A DNA stretch of 34,449 bases from Deltaproteobacteria bacterium (lineage in GTDB: Bacteria; Campylobacterota_A; Desulfurellia; JAGGSF01): positions 1-34,449 of the forward strand of contig JAGGSF010000102.1 of assembly GCA_021159235.1 (NCBI GenBank), in the 5' to 3' direction. Positions 8,901 through 19,740 of this stretch are shown in pieces (the first letter of the stretch is position 1; each line of letters starts with the position of its first letter). The position numbers were made by a program, and so were the translations under genes. The notes beneath the pieces were generated by a model. It saw only the letters and a list, made by a program, of their open reading frames with translations, searched no databases and was not told where the DNA came from.

Positions 8901-10045
8901 CTCAAAATCCTTTAGAAAAGGATGTGATAGATACAGAGGGAAAGATAGTGGAGAAGAAGGGAAGACGGATTTCAGTAGAGAAACTCTCTTCTCTGGATGT
9001 AAATGGGTTAAAGAGTCTGTGCATCTCCAAGAAGCTCAGGCAGAAATCGCTCTCAATAGAGCGTTATTACAAGAAGATAATTAAAAATCTAAAAGAATCT
9101 GCGGCAGAAGAAATAAAAAATGTAAGTAAGGAAGATGATTTGCCATCTGGAGTGGTAATGGCGGTAAAGGTTTATGTGGCGGTCAGGAGAAAACTTATGG
9201 TAGGGGATAAGATGGCAGGTAGACACGGCAATAAGGGAGTTATATCTAAAATATTGCCGGCTGAGGATCTGCCATTTTTAGAGGATGGGACACCAGTGGA
9301 CATTGTTCTCGATCCACTGGGTGTGCCTTCTCGGATGAATATCGGTCAGATATTAGAAGCGCATCTGGGTTTTGCCTGCAAAAGATTAGGAGAAAGGATC
9401 AATGTTCTGGTTAAAGAAGGAAAGAAAAGTGCTATAAGGAATTTTTTGAATAATATCTTTGATGGAAATAAGGATGAGGTTAAAGCGTTTATAGAGCGTT
9501 TAAGTGATGAGGAAATTATGAGATTTGCCACGGATTGGGCAGGTGGCGTAAAGGCAAGTGTGCCTGTTTTTGAAAGTGCAACGGAAGAAGAGCTTAAAAA
9601 CCTGTTCAAGAAGAGTGGAATGGAGTTATCCAAAATGAAGTTGTACGATGGTGTTACTGGGGAGCCGTTTGCCAATCCTGTATGTGTGGGATCCATGTAT
9701 GTGTTGAAGCTCAATCATCTGGTAGAGGATAAAATACATGCAAGGAGCATAGGTCCTTACTCCTTGGTGACACAACAGCCACTGGGAGGAAAAGCGCAGT
9801 TTGGCGGTCAGCGGTTTGGAGAGATGGAGGTGTGGGCATTGGAAGGTTATGGTGCTGCGTATACTTTACAGGAGATGCTCACTATAAAGTCAGATGATAT
9901 CATTGGCAGAAATAAGGCTTATGAGCTTGCGACGAAGGGAAGAGATATAACATTGGGAGGAGTACCTGAATCATTTAGTGTGCTTGTTCAAGAATTAAAA
10001 TCCTTGTGTTTGGACGTAGAACTTTTAAAGGGCGTCAGAGGTTAG
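5939..10045 (+). CDS. rpoB: DNA-directed RNA polymerase subunit beta
   Basis: 1368 aa; HKRRLSALGPGG, GDKMAGRHGNKG and GGQRFGEMEVWAL motifs; GAGGTG RBS. Confidence 0.99.
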   Translation: MSKPLLSGMRVRLDFSKVYKALPVPDLLDAQLRSYHDFLSKDPKVEKNLKRLFETTFPIEDVHGRLTLEFIDYEVDHPKCKPDECKTKGLTYGGSLLMIVRLTVWNVDEKTGKRISPQDVKEQKIYLGELPLMTEKGSFIINGVERVIVGQLHRSPGPVFKKLPLSSTGGRVFYHGQIISDVGSWIEFETDVKDVIYARIDKKKRFPATIILKALGFEEEEILSLFYSSMKVKIDNGAFFVEASDKACRFKVSADVEKDGETIILKDEEVSPESVEKAKQYGIEWFPVSREQIVGRYLYKSVLDEKGEVVLDCGDMITSGYLDVFESMKNVVLELICADYDDYTIKNTLILDREIMRKFEAVISEGMLKEDVAKMYIYHILRPGESIAPEKAKAFFHMLFFDPKRYDVSLEGRLKLNETFNIDVPEDVRTLTPDDFVGMLKYLVLLKNEVVVPDDRDSLSNRRVSLVGELLYEEMRIGFLRMQKLTQDRMIMGNIADVTPFDLINAKPVASAIMSFFSTGQLSQFLDQTNILSEISHKRRLSALGPGGLTRERAGFEVRDIHPSHYGRICPVETPEGPNIGLITSMATYARVNRYGFLETPYRRVKEGKVLNEVDYLMASQEKEHIIAQANAPLNPDGTFKNRYVPARKNGEFVMAKREEVTLMDVSPSQLVGITGSLIPFLEHDDANRALMGSNMQRQAVPLITNEAPLVGTGMENVVAKYSRNAVVAQRDGEVVRVEANRIYISSEEKDGLYSLDVYPIRRFERTNQNLCFDQHPIVDVGERVKKGQVIADGPTMDKGELALGKNMLVAFIPWYGYNYEDAVVVSHRLVDEDIYTSVHIREFDAFVRDTSLGMEEITADIPNASSEVIRNLDKNGIVRIGAYVKPGDVLVGKITPQAETSYSPEERLLRAIFGEKASNVADSSLRVPSDAEGVVIDVKILRSKQAKNGACFKGMEEMNVKSINKELQSKLNIVNKLYVDSLKQLIAQNPLEKDVIDTEGKIVEKKGRRISVEKLSSLDVNGLKSLCISKKLRQKSLSIERYYKKIIKNLKESAAEEIKNVSKEDDLPSGVVMAVKVYVAVRRKLMVGDKMAGRHGNKGVISKILPAEDLPFLEDGTPVDIVLDPLGVPSRMNIGQILEAHLGFACKRLGERINVLVKEGKKSAIRNFLNNIFDGNKDEVKAFIERLSDEEIMRFATDWAGGVKASVPVFESATEEELKNLFKKSGMELSKMKLYDGVTGEPFANPVCVGSMYVLKLNHLVEDKIHARSIGPYSLVTQQPLGGKAQFGGQRFGEMEVWALEGYGAAYTLQEMLTIKSDDIIGRNKAYELATKGRDITLGGVPESFSVLVQELKSLCLDVELLKGVRG

Positions 10046-10047
10046 TG

Positions 10048-13000
10048 ATGGGTGAGATGTTTACTGTTTTAAAGGGTAAACCAAGGTCTACGAGGGATTT
10101 TGATGCGATAAGGATAAGTCTTGTTTCACCGGATAAGATAAGGGAATGGAGCTACGGTGAGGTGAAGAAGGCAGAAACAATCAATTATAGAACATTTAAA
10201 CCTGAAAGGGATGGTCTTTTCTGCGCTCGTATATTTGGACCAGTAAAGGATTATGAATGTTTATGCAGGAAGTACAAAGGGATGAGGTATAAGGGTGTAG
10301 TGTGCGAGAAATGTGGTGTAGAGGTAACGGAAGCGAGGGTGAGAAGAGAAAGGATGGGACATATTGAGCTTGCTACACCGGTCGCTCATATATGGTATTT
10401 GAGAAGCGTTCCCAGCATAATATCTCTGCTTCTTGATATTAAGCTGAAAGATCTGGAGCGGGTTATATATTATGAATCTTATATAACTATAAAGAGCAAC
10501 ATTCAGGAAATTCCAGTAAAAAAGGTTCTTTCAGAGAAAGAATATCGTGAGGCTAAAGAAAAATATGGAGACGGGTTTGTTGCAGAAATGGGTGCTTCAG
10601 CTGTAAGAAAGTTATTGGAGAAAATGGATATTGATGCATTGCATGAAGAGCTTCAGGAAGCAATCAGGACCACGACACTTGCAGCAAAAAAGAAAAAGAT
10701 TGTGAGAAGGGCACGAATAATAGAGAAGATCAAGAGGGCAGGAAGCAGACCGGAGTGGATGATACTGGAAGTTTTGCCTGTTTTACCTCCTGATCTGCGT
10801 CCATTGGTTTCTTTGGAGAGCGGAAGATTTGCATCCTCGGATTTAAACGATCTTTATAGAAGGGTAATTAACAGGAATAATCGTTTGAAAAGACTTATAG
10901 AGTTGGGTGCTCCATCCATTATCGTTAGAAATGAGAAGAGAATGCTTCAGGAAGCGGTAGATGCATTACTGGATAATGGAAGGAGAAAACAGGTAGTAAG
11001 GGCAAGTAACAACAGACCATTAAAGTCTCTTTCGGACTCCATAAAAGGAAAATCTGGAAGATTTCGTCGCAATCTTCTGGGCAAGAGAGTGGATTATTCC
11101 GGGCGCTCTGTAATTATTGTGGGGCCTGAGTTAAAATTAGACCAGTGTGGATTACCTCGTGTTATGGCATTGGAACTTTTCAAGCCTTTTATTTACAACA
11201 AGCTTATTGACTCAGGGTTAACCAGTACCATAAAGGGTGCGAAGAAAATGGTGGAAAGAAAAGAGGAGGTAATATGGGATATTCTGGAGGAAATAGTTAA
11301 AGAATATCCTGTGCTTTTAAACAGGGCTCCTACGCTTCACAGGCTTTCTATCCAGGCTTTTCACCCTGTACTTACCAAGGATAAGGCTATTCAACTTCAT
11401 CCTCTTGTGTGTCCAGCTTTTAATGCAGATTTCGATGGAGATCAGATGGCAATACATGTTCCCCTGTCTCCAGAAGCAAAGATGGAAGCAGAGGTTTTAA
11501 TGTTATCTCCGCATGGCATTATTTCTCCTGCCAGTGGAAACCCTATTGCTGTTCCTACACAGGATATGGTATTGGGTATTTACTATATGACGAAACCAAA
11601 AGATGGCGCTATTGGCGAGGGGATGCTTTTTTCATCTCCGGATGAAGTCATATCTGCTTACGATAACGATATGTGTTCGTTGAATGCTTCTATTAAGGTG
11701 AGGATAAATGGGAAGATGGTAAACACAACCACAGGTAGAGTGGTTTTAGCTGGAATTCTGCCTGAGGGTGTGCCATTTGAATTGATAAATAAAACGATGA
11801 AGAAGAAAGATATAGTTAATGTGGTAAACTACATTTATAAAAATAAAGACTTGCCTACTACCACAAAATTTTTGGATGATATAAAGGAAATGGGTTTTCG
11901 TATGGCGACCAAAGCGGGTATATCTATCTCTCTTGATGATATAAAGGTGCCGGAGGAAAAAGAGAGAATAGTTAAGACTGCTGAGGAAAGAGTGAGGGCA
12001 ATTGCAGAGCAATACAGGCAAGGTCTTTTAACGGATATGGAAAGGTACAATAAGGTGGTGGATATATGGAGTGAGGCGACGGATAAGATTGCCGATGTAA
12101 TGATGAAAAAATTGGGCGGGGAATTTGGAGAAAGTTTTAATCCTATATATGTTATGGCTGATTCTGGTGCTCGCGGTTCAGCGCAGCAGATAAGGCAACT
12201 TGCAGGCGCAAGAGGTTTGATGGCTAAACCCTCAGGAGATATTATTGAAACCCCGATTAAGTCAAACTTTAAAGAAGGGTTAAGCACACTGGAGTACTTT
12301 ATTTCTGCCCATGGCGCGAGGAAAGGTCTGGCTGATACAGCGTTGAAAACAGCGAATGCAGGATATTTAACGAGAAAACTTGTGGATGTGGCACAAGATG
12401 TAATGATCACCGCTGAGGATTGTGGTTCAACAGAGGGTATGTATGTTTCGGCAATTATTACCGGTGGCGAAGAGATAGAAAGTTTGAGAGAAAGGATAGC
12501 GGGAAGAACAGCAGCGGAGGATGTAATTAATCCTTTTACAAAGGAGATAATCGTAAAAGAAAATGAGATTATAAGTGATAGAAAAGCAGATGAAATTGTA
12601 GAAGCAGGGATAAAAAGGGTAAAGATACACACTGTTCTTACCTGCAAGATGGATCATGGGGTATGTGCCAAGTGCTATGGTTTGGATTTAGCGAGGGGCG
12701 AAAAGGTGGAGGCAGGAGAGGCAGTGGGTATTATTGCTGCTCAATCTATAGGTGAGCCGGGAACACAACTCACATTAAGAACCTTTCACATTGGAGGAAC
12801 GGCAAGTAAAACTGAAGAAAAGATGAGTGCAGAGACGTCTCGAGCGGGTATTGTCAGGTTCTGTAATTTGGAGATTGCCGAGAATTCCAGCAAGGAGCGC
12901 ATTGTTCTTTCCAGAAGGGATGCCTGTATACTGATAACGGAACCACAGATAGTGGCTACAGGTGGTGGAAAGATAAAGATTACTGAAGATACTGTGAACT

Positions 13001-14604
13001 ATAGTATAAGAGTAGGTGATAACGAAAGTTATACTCTAAAAAAGGTAGATTTCGTTACAGAAAGGGATGTTGTTGGTAAAGGTGCAGAGGAAGCCATAGG
13101 TAAGCTTATGTTTACAGCGAAAGATGGGGATGTTGTATCTTCTGGTAGTTTGCTGGTGGAGAGGATATTGGAGATATGGGATGTGCCACGTAAGATCCCT
13201 TATGGCTCGAGGATTCATGTAAATGATGGCGAGACACTTAAACGTTTTGTGCGTGCAGAGGAAGGGGGAGAAGTTTTTCTTTATGCCTTATCCGGTGATA
13301 AACTGGTAGAAATAGATGATTTTCCACAAGGAAAAGTGGACAAGCATGGCACGCATGTTTTTATAAAGAAAAACGATAAAATTGTTGAGAGACATTATGT
13401 TCCAAAAGGATCTATTATATATGTAAAAAAAGGAAGTACAGTTAAATCAGGTGAACTTATTGTAGGGTTTGATGATGAGAAAGCAAGACAGGGATTTGAG
13501 AGTGATCCAGAATTGTCTAAATCTACTTGCGTTCTTTCCGAATGGGATGCATACAGTGATTTTATCTTAGTGAGTGTTGAAGGATATGTAAAATATTTAG
13601 ATATAGAGCAAGGCAAGACTTTTAAGGAAGATATAGATAGGGTGACAGGCCTGAGAAACAAGGTAATTATTGAATCTCGCGATCCTCTTCTTCGGCCCCG
13701 TATTACCATTGTTGATAAAGATGGTAGTGTGAAAAAATTACCGGGCATAGAGGAGGAGGCTGTGTATTATCTTCCTACCGGGACAATTCTTCTTAAGGAC
13801 AATGGTGATTATGTTAAGGCAGGGGATGAGATAGGGAAAATTCCTAAGGAATTGATAAAGACAACGGATATAACAGGTGGACTGCCTAGGGCAAATGAAC
13901 TGTTTGAAGCAAAAGCACCGAAGAATGCGGCAGTAGTTACTGAAATAAATGGTGTAGTTTCTTATGGCAAGATAATAAAAGGCAGGAGAGTAGTTGTTGT
14001 GACTTCTCCTGGAGGAACGAGAAAAGAATATATTATTTCTCGTGACAAGAGATTGCTTGTGTATCCCGGAGATAGAGTAGAGATGGGGGAACCCTTGACA
14101 GATGGAGTGGTAAATCCGCATGACATCTTGAGAATATTGGGCGAGAGAGCATTGCAAAAGCATCTGGTAGATGAAATTCAGCAGGTCTATAGATTGCAAG
14201 GAGTAAACATAAATGACAAGCATATAGAGATAATTGTGAGACAGATGCTTTCTAAGGTAATAATAGAGGATGCAGGAGATACATCTTTTATGGAAGATGA
14301 GGTAGTTAATAGGTTTAAATTTATGAAAGAAAATCAGAAGATGATAAAGGAGGGAAAGAAACCTGCTATAGGAAGGATTGTCCTTTTGGGAATTACAAAA
14401 GCAGCGTTGAGTGCAGAAAGCTTTGTTTCTGCCGCTTCATTTCAGGAGACAACGCGAGTACTCAGAGAAGCCAGCATTTCTGGAGCAATAGACCCTCTCA
14501 AGGGATTGAAGGAAAATGTGATTGTAGGACGGCTGATTCCTGCAGGTACGGGTCAGAGGAAATTTGACGAGATAAGTATTGTGCCGAAAACACTTGACAA
14601 ATAG
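10048..14604 (+). CDS. rpoC: DNA-directed RNA polymerase subunit beta' (start 10045, 10048 or 10057)
   Basis: NADFDGD active-site motif, CLC...CEKC zinc ribbon, [14 protein letters not shown] bridge helix. Confidence 0.99.
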   Translation: MGEMFTVLKGKPRSTRDFDAIRISLVSPDKIREWSYGEVKKAETINYRTFKPERDGLFCARIFGPVKDYECLCRKYKGMRYKGVVCEKCGVEVTEARVRRERMGHIELATPVAHIWYLRSVPSIISLLLDIKLKDLERVIYYESYITIKSNIQEIPVKKVLSEKEYREAKEKYGDGFVAEMGASAVRKLLEKMDIDALHEELQEAIRTTTLAAKKKKIVRRARIIEKIKRAGSRPEWMILEVLPVLPPDLRPLVSLESGRFASSDLNDLYRRVINRNNRLKRLIELGAPSIIVRNEKRMLQEAVDALLDNGRRKQVVRASNNRPLKSLSDSIKGKSGRFRRNLLGKRVDYSGRSVIIVGPELKLDQCGLPRVMALELFKPFIYNKLIDSGLTSTIKGAKKMVERKEEVIWDILEEIVKEYPVLLNRAPTLHRLSIQAFHPVLTKDKAIQLHPLVCPAFNADFDGDQMAIHVPLSPEAKMEAEVLMLSPHGIISPASGNPIAVPTQDMVLGIYYMTKPKDGAIGEGMLFSSPDEVISAYDNDMCSLNASIKVRINGKMVNTTTGRVVLAGILPEGVPFELINKTMKKKDIVNVVNYIYKNKDLPTTTKFLDDIKEMGFRMATKAGISISLDDIKVPEEKERIVKTAEERVRAIAEQYRQGLLTDMERYNKVVDIWSEATDKIADVMMKKLGGEFGESFNPIYVMADSGARGSAQQIRQLAGARGLMAKPSGDIIETPIKSNFKEGLSTLEYFISAHGARKGLADTALKTANAGYLTRKLVDVAQDVMITAEDCGSTEGMYVSAIITGGEEIESLRERIAGRTAAEDVINPFTKEIIVKENEIISDRKADEIVEAGIKRVKIHTVLTCKMDHGVCAKCYGLDLARGEKVEAGEAVGIIAAQSIGEPGTQLTLRTFHIGGTASKTEEKMSAETSRAGIVRFCNLEIAENSSKERIVLSRRDACILITEPQIVATGGGKIKITEDTVNYSIRVGDNESYTLKKVDFVTERDVVGKGAEEAIGKLMFTAKDGDVVSSGSLLVERILEIWDVPRKIPYGSRIHVNDGETLKRFVRAEEGGEVFLYALSGDKLVEIDDFPQGKVDKHGTHVFIKKNDKIVERHYVPKGSIIYVKKGSTVKSGELIVGFDDEKARQGFESDPELSKSTCVLSEWDAYSDFILVSVEGYVKYLDIEQGKTFKEDIDRVTGLRNKVIIESRDPLLRPRITIVDKDGSVKKLPGIEEEAVYYLPTGTILLKDNGDYVKAGDEIGKIPKELIKTTDITGGLPRANELFEAKAPKNAAVVTEINGVVSYGKIIKGRRVVVVTSPGGTRKEYIISRDKRLLVYPGDRVEMGEPLTDGVVNPHDILRILGERALQKHLVDEIQQVYRLQGVNINDKHIEIIVRQMLSKVIIEDAGDTSFMEDEVVNRFKFMKENQKMIKEGKKPAIGRIVLLGITKAALSAESFVSAASFQETTRVLREASISGAIDPLKGLKENVIVGRLIPAGTGQRKFDEISIVPKTLDK

Positions 14605-14622
14605 GCTTTTTGTTGATACGGT
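14594..14622 (+). promoter_or_regulatory. Probable sigma70 promoter for the str/S10 operon
   Basis: TTGACA (14594-14599, in the last rpoC codons), 17 bp spacer, TGn + TACGGT (14617-14622). Confidence 0.55.
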
Positions 14623-14642
14623 TACAACCGTTTTGTTTTTTT
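14618..14642 (+). terminator. Possible weak intrinsic terminator after rpoC
   Basis: ACGGT-TACA-ACCGT hairpin followed by TTTGTTTTTTT. Confidence 0.45.
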
Positions 14643-14655
14643 AAGGGGAGGAAGG

Positions 14656-15036
14656 ATGCCAACGATCAATCAACTGATTAGAAAGGGAAGAAAAAAAAAG
14701 AAAAAAAGTAAGAAAATGCTGGCGCTGGAGGGCTGTCCTCAGAGAAGGGGTGTTTGCGTGAGAGTGTATACGACAACACCAAAGAAGCCGAATTCTGCTT
14801 TACGGAAAGTGGCGAGGGTGAAGTTGACCAGTGGTACGGAGGTGACTGCATATATTCCCGGAGAAGGTCATAACTTACAGGAACATTCCATTGTTTTAGT
14901 GAGGGGAGGCAGAGTGAAAGATTTGCCGGGAGTAAGGTATCATATAGTGAGAGGTGCTCTGGATACAGGAGGAGTTGAGGATAGAAGGCAGGGAAGATCT
15001 AAATATGCTGCAAAGAAGCCAAAGAGTGGGGTGTAG
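14656..15036 (+). CDS. rpsL: 30S ribosomal protein S12
   Basis: [11 protein letters not shown] and [10 protein letters not shown] motifs. Confidence 0.99.
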   Translation: MPTINQLIRKGRKKKKKSKKMLALEGCPQRRGVCVRVYTTTPKKPNSALRKVARVKLTSGTEVTAYIPGEGHNLQEHSIVLVRGGRVKDLPGVRYHIVRGALDTGGVEDRRQGRSKYAAKKPKSGV

Positions 15037-15039
15037 TTT

Positions 15040-15507
15040 ATGCGAAGACGAAGAGCAGAGCAAAGGAGTGTTTCTCCGGACCTTGTTTATAAAAGTGTGT
15101 TGGTAGCTAAGATTATAAATAAGATAATGTGGGATGGTAAAAAGACAGTTGCAGAAAGAATATTTTATGAAGCGATGGATATGGTGAGAGATAAAACGGG
15201 ACAGGATCCAATGGAAGTTTTAAAAAAAGCGGTGTCCAACATTATGCCTCGATTGGAAGTAAGACCGCGCAGAGTAGGTGGGGCTACTTACCAGGTACCT
15301 GTAGAAGTAAGAGCTCCTAGGCAAAGAAGCTTGGCTATAAGGTGGTTGGTTGATTATGCAAGAAAGAGGCATGAGAAGAGGATGTTTGAGAGATTGGCAA
15401 ATGAGATATTGGATGCCAGCGAGGGCAGGGGTGGTGCAGTTAAAAAGAGAGAGGATGTGCACAAGATGGCGGAAGCGAACAGGGCTTTTGCTCATTACAG
15501 ATGGTGA
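15040..15507 (+). CDS. rpsG: 30S ribosomal protein S7
   Basis: [11 protein letters not shown] and [15 protein letters not shown] motifs. Confidence 0.99.
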   Translation: MRRRRAEQRSVSPDLVYKSVLVAKIINKIMWDGKKTVAERIFYEAMDMVRDKTGQDPMEVLKKAVSNIMPRLEVRPRRVGGATYQVPVEVRAPRQRSLAIRWLVDYARKRHEKRMFERLANEILDASEGRGGAVKKREDVHKMAEANRAFAHYRW

Positions 15508-15515
15508 TTTGGAAT

Positions 15516-17588
15516 ATGGGAAGATCGCATTCGTTGGATAAGGTACGTAATATAGGAATAATTGCTCATATAGACGCTGGCAAGACGACAACCACGGAAC
15601 GAATGCTTTTTTATACCGGCGTCTCACATAAAATGGGTGAAGTGGATTTAGGGACAGCCGTTATGGACTGGATGGAGCAGGAGAGAGAAAGGGGGATTAC
15701 CATTACTGCTGCTACCACTACCTGTTTTTGGAGGGGGCATTGTGTAAATATCGTTGACACGCCAGGACATGTAGATTTCACGGTAGAAGTGGAAAGATCC
15801 TTGAGAGTTTTAGATGGAGCGATAGGCGTGTTCTGTGGTGTATCAGGGGTGGAGCCGCAGTCGGAGACAGTATGGAGACAAGCGGACCGGTATAATGTGC
15901 CGCGTATTGCTTTTGTGAATAAAATGGATAGAATAGGTGCGGATTATTTCAGGGTAGTGGATGATGTGAGGCGGAAGTTTGATACAATCGTTTTACCCTT
16001 GCAGATACCCATAGGAAAAGAGGATAACTTTGTGGGCGTGGTGAATGTGATAAACAGGAAAGCCTATGTTTGGGATCTGGATAAGCTGGGAATGCGATTT
16101 TCTGTTCGTGAAGTTCCGGAGGAGCTGAGGGAAAGAGCAGAGGAAATGAGGCAGCAGGTAATAGAGGTGCTGGCTGATTTCGATGAATCAATCATGGAAA
16201 AATACATAGAGGGGAAAGATATAAGTGAAGAAGAACTAAAAAAGGTTATAAGAAGAGCTACCGTGGCGGGGAAGGTTATTCCTGTTTTATGTGGTAGTGC
16301 TTTTAAAAATAAAGGTATACAGCCACTCTTGGACGCTGTTGTGGATTTTCTTCCCTCGCCTAAGGATATTCCTCCCATGAGAGGTTTTAATCCTTTAACA
16401 GGAGAACTAATTGAGAGGAGAGCTGATGATAATGAACCTTTTTCTGGTTTGGTTTTTAAGATAGTCAACGATCCTTTCGTGGGTAGATTGGCATACTTGC
16501 GGATTTATTCTGGCACGATAAAGGCGGGTAGCTATGTGTATAATTCCACCAGAGATATCAAGGAACGGGTGGAGAGACTTTTGCGTATACATTCTAACAA
16601 GAGGGTGGATGTAGATACAATGTATGCGGGAGATATAGCGGGAGTTATTGGATTAAAGCATACTTTTACCGGCGATACATTATGTGATGAAAATAAAAAG
16701 GTTGTTTTTGAGTCGATGAAATTTCCTGAACCTGTAATTTCTGTAGCGGTTGAGCCTAAAACGAAAGCTGATCAAGAAAAGCTTTCTTTAGCTTTAAAAC
16801 GCATGGCTGACGAGGATCCTACATTTCATGTAAGATGTGATGTGGAAACAGGACAGACAATAATATCGGGAATGGGAGAGCTGCATCTGGCTATAATTGT
16901 TGATCGTCTGCGTCGAGAGCAACATGTATCGGTAAATGTAGGCAAACCCCAAGTGGCTTATAAGGAAACTGTAAGAAGATGTGTGGAACGGCAGGAAGGA
17001 AAATTTATCAGGCAAACAGGTGGCAAGGGACAGTATGGACATGTTGTTTTAAGGATTGAACCTTTAAAAAAGGATGAGAGGTTTGAGTTTGTTAATGATA
17101 TACATGGTGGTAGTATACCGAAGGAGTTTATTCCCTCTATTAAAAAAGGCGTGGAAGAAGCAATGGAGTCTGGTGTTTTAGCAGGCTATCCGGTGGTTAG
17201 AGTTAAGGTTACCTTGATCGACGGTTCTTATCATCCGGTTGATTCTTCTGATATAGCATTTAAAGTTGCAGCTTCTATTGCCTTCAAAGAGGGGATGAAG
17301 AAGGCTGACCCTTACCTTCTGGAACCTATCATGGCTATAGAAGTAAATGTTCCAAAGGAATATTTGGGTAATATTGTGGGAGATATCAATGCGAGGAGAG
17401 GAAGGGTGTGGAGTGTAGAGGAAAGAGGGGAGCAGAAGACAGTTAAGGCATTCATTCCTCTTTCTGAGATGTTTGCGTATGCTACGAATTTGCGTTCCCT
17501 TACACAGGGAAGAGGAACTTATGTGATGCAGTTTGACCATTATGAGGAAGTTTCTAAGAACATTGTGGGAAAGATAAAAGGATTGTAA
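15516..17588 (+). CDS. fusA: Elongation factor G
   Basis: [33 protein letters not shown] motifs; start set at the first ATG after the rpsG stop. Confidence 0.98.
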   Translation: MGRSHSLDKVRNIGIIAHIDAGKTTTTERMLFYTGVSHKMGEVDLGTAVMDWMEQERERGITITAATTTCFWRGHCVNIVDTPGHVDFTVEVERSLRVLDGAIGVFCGVSGVEPQSETVWRQADRYNVPRIAFVNKMDRIGADYFRVVDDVRRKFDTIVLPLQIPIGKEDNFVGVVNVINRKAYVWDLDKLGMRFSVREVPEELRERAEEMRQQVIEVLADFDESIMEKYIEGKDISEEELKKVIRRATVAGKVIPVLCGSAFKNKGIQPLLDAVVDFLPSPKDIPPMRGFNPLTGELIERRADDNEPFSGLVFKIVNDPFVGRLAYLRIYSGTIKAGSYVYNSTRDIKERVERLLRIHSNKRVDVDTMYAGDIAGVIGLKHTFTGDTLCDENKKVVFESMKFPEPVISVAVEPKTKADQEKLSLALKRMADEDPTFHVRCDVETGQTIISGMGELHLAIIVDRLRREQHVSVNVGKPQVAYKETVRRCVERQEGKFIRQTGGKGQYGHVVLRIEPLKKDERFEFVNDIHGGSIPKEFIPSIKKGVEEAMESGVLAGYPVVRVKVTLIDGSYHPVDSSDIAFKVAASIAFKEGMKKADPYLLEPIMAIEVNVPKEYLGNIVGDINARRGRVWSVEERGEQKTVKAFIPLSEMFAYATNLRSLTQGRGTYVMQFDHYEEVSKNIVGKIKGL

Positions 17589-18791
17589 GGAGGATTTTAT
17601 GCCAAAGGAAAAGTATGTGCGTAAGAAACCCCATGTGAACATAGGCACGATTGGGCATGTGGATCATGGAAAAACAACACTTACTTCAGCTATTACCAGG
17701 GTTTTAGCTACTAAGGGATTGGCAAATTATATAGGTTATGATGAGATAGATAAGGCTCCTGAGGAAAAAAGCAGAGGGTTGACCATCAACATTGCTCATA
17801 TTGAGTATGAAACGGAGAACAGACACTATGCACACATTGATTGTCCCGGTCATGCGGATTATGTTAAGAATATGATTACTGGTGCAGCCCAGATGGATGG
17901 AACGATACTGGTAGTCTCTGCTGCAGATGGTCCTATGCCACAAACCAGAGAGCATATAATTTTAGCCCGTCAGGTAGGGGTGCCTTATATAGTTGTGTTT
18001 TTAAACAAAACAGATATGGTAGACGACCCAGAATTGATAGACCTGGTAGAGATGGAGACCAGAGAGCTTTTAACCAAATACGGTTATCCTGGAGATGACC
18101 TGCCGGTTATAAAAGGGTCTGCCTTAAAGGCTCTGGAAACACCGGAAGGTGAGGAAAATGAACATACCAGGGCGATCTGGGATCTGTTGAAGGCGGTGGA
18201 TGAGTATATAAAGACACCGGTAAGGGATGTTGACAAACCCTTCCTTATGCCTATTGAGGATGTATTTACCATCTCTGGAAGGGGAACGGTGGTCACAGGC
18301 AGGGTGGAAAGAGGAATAATTCGTCCCGGGGACGAGGTGGAGATGGTAGGATTTAGACCTACCAGAAAAACGGTGGCAACATCCCTGGAGATGTTCAGGA
18401 AAATACTGGATGAAGCGAGGGCAGGAGACAACGTTGGAGTGCTGTTGAGAGGAGTAAAGAGAGACGAGGTGGAGAGAGGAATGGTGCTGACCAAACCAGG
18501 ATCCATTACTCCTCATACTAAGTTCAAGGCACAGATTTATGTTTTAACCAAGGAAGAAGGTGGAAGGCACACACCATTCTTTACAGGATACCGTCCTCAA
18601 TTCTTTGTGCGGACAACGGATGTAACAGGAGTAATAAAACTACCTGAAGGGGTAGAGATGATCATGCCTGGTGATAATGTTGAGATAGAAATAGAGCTTA
18701 TTGCTCCTATTGCTTCTGAGGAGGGAACACGGTTTGCTATAAGGGAAGGTGGAAAGACAGTGGGTGCTGGTGTAATTACCAAGATTCTGGA
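17584..18791 (+). repeat. Direct repeat copy 2 of tuf region (matches 1637-2844)
   Basis: Shared from TGTAAGGAGGATTTT through ...ATTCTGGA; diverges at the last Glu codon and stop (GAG TAG versus GAA TGA). Confidence 0.9.
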
Positions 18792-18795
18792 ATGA
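17599..18795 (+). CDS. tuf: Elongation factor Tu (tufA position)
   Basis: Same 398-aa protein as 1652-2848. Confidence 0.99.
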   Translation: MPKEKYVRKKPHVNIGTIGHVDHGKTTLTSAITRVLATKGLANYIGYDEIDKAPEEKSRGLTINIAHIEYETENRHYAHIDCPGHADYVKNMITGAAQMDGTILVVSAADGPMPQTREHIILARQVGVPYIVVFLNKTDMVDDPELIDLVEMETRELLTKYGYPGDDLPVIKGSALKALETPEGEENEHTRAIWDLLKAVDEYIKTPVRDVDKPFLMPIEDVFTISGRGTVVTGRVERGIIRPGDEVEMVGFRPTRKTVATSLEMFRKILDEARAGDNVGVLLRGVKRDEVERGMVLTKPGSITPHTKFKAQIYVLTKEEGGRHTPFFTGYRPQFFVRTTDVTGVIKLPEGVEMIMPGDNVEIEIELIAPIASEEGTRFAIREGGKTVGAGVITKILE

Positions 18796-18820
18796 TTATG
18801 TGAACCTTAAGGGAAATTTT

Positions 18821-19126
18821 ATGTCGCAAAAGATAAGATTAAGATTAAAGTCTTATGATAGTAGACTTTTAGACAAGTCTGTAAAGGATATAACAGAAAC
18901 AGTGAAGAAGACGGGTGCAAAGATAAAAGGACCGGTGCCCTTGCCTACAAAGATATCTCGCTATACGGTCCTGCGTTCAACATTTGTGAATAAGAAATCG
19001 AGAGAGCAGTTTGAGATAAGAATTCATAAGAGGCTTATGGATATCTTAGATGCATCGGAACAGACAGTGGATGCATTGATGAGAATAGACTTGCCGGCAG
19101 GTGTGGATATAGAGGTGAAACTGTGA
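18821..19126 (+). CDS. rpsJ: 30S ribosomal protein S10
   Basis: [23 protein letters not shown] motifs; start at MSQK. Confidence 0.98.
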   Translation: MSQKIRLRLKSYDSRLLDKSVKDITETVKKTGAKIKGPVPLPTKISRYTVLRSTFVNKKSREQFEIRIHKRLMDILDASEQTVDALMRIDLPAGVDIEVKL

Positions 19127-19740
19127 TAGGTCTTATGGCAAGAAAAATGGGCATGACACAGGTTTTCGAAAACGACTCTGCGATTCCTGTAACACTTTTA
19201 AAAGCAGAACCCGGGGTTATAGTGGATATTAGAACACAGGAAAAAAATGGTTATTGTGGGTTACAGCTGGGTTTTGGTGATGTTAAGGAAAATAGATTGA
19301 ACAAACCTCTGATTGGTTATTTTAAAAAGAAGAATGTGCCGTATAAACGCATGCTGAGAGAATTTAGGTGCCAAAATATCGAAGAATTTAAAATAGGTGA
19401 TGTAATAGGCGTTGATATATTTGAGGTGGGAGAAACGGTGAGAGTTCAAGGATATAGCAAAGGAAAAGGATTTTCTGGCACTATGAAAAGACATGGTTTT
19501 CACGGTGGACCAGCTTCTCATGGTGGAATGATGGATAGAAGACCCGGTTCTATAGGTATGTGTGAATATCCAGGGAGGGTATTTAAGGGAAAGAAAATGG
19601 CAGGTCACCATGGGAACAAAAAGGTTACAATTACTTCAAGGGTTGTTTTTATAGATAATGAGAATAATATTATAGGTCTTAAAGGTAGTGTGGTAGGTGG
19701 AAATGGCAGCTGGGTTAAGATATTAAAGGGAAAGCGATGA
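19123..19740 (+). CDS. rplC: 50S ribosomal protein L3
   Basis: [24 protein letters not shown] motifs. Confidence 0.98.
   Translation: MIGLMARKMGMTQVFENDSAIPVTLLKAEPGVIVDIRTQEKNGYCGLQLGFGDVKENRLNKPLIGYFKKKNVPYKRMLREFRCQNIEEFKIGDVIGVDIFEVGETVRVQGYSKGKGFSGTMKRHGFHGGPASHGGMMDRRPGSIGMCEYPGRVFKGKKMAGHHGNKKVTITSRVVFIDNENNIIGLKGSVVGGNGSWVKILKGKR

Noticed and set aside
11835-12647. 270-aa antisense ORF inside rpoC, and the many shorter antisense ORFs across the operon
   Set aside because: Ser/Ile/Phe/Pro-rich shadow ORFs expected opposite a purine-rich coding strand; no motifs or RBS
14605-14655. Missing L7Ae-like gene before rpsL (and no L14e-like gene between map and infA)
   Set aside because: These genes are lineage-restricted, so absence is ordinary
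14770-14930. Streptomycin-resistance alleles in rpsL
   Set aside because: PKKPNSA and RVKDLP are wild type
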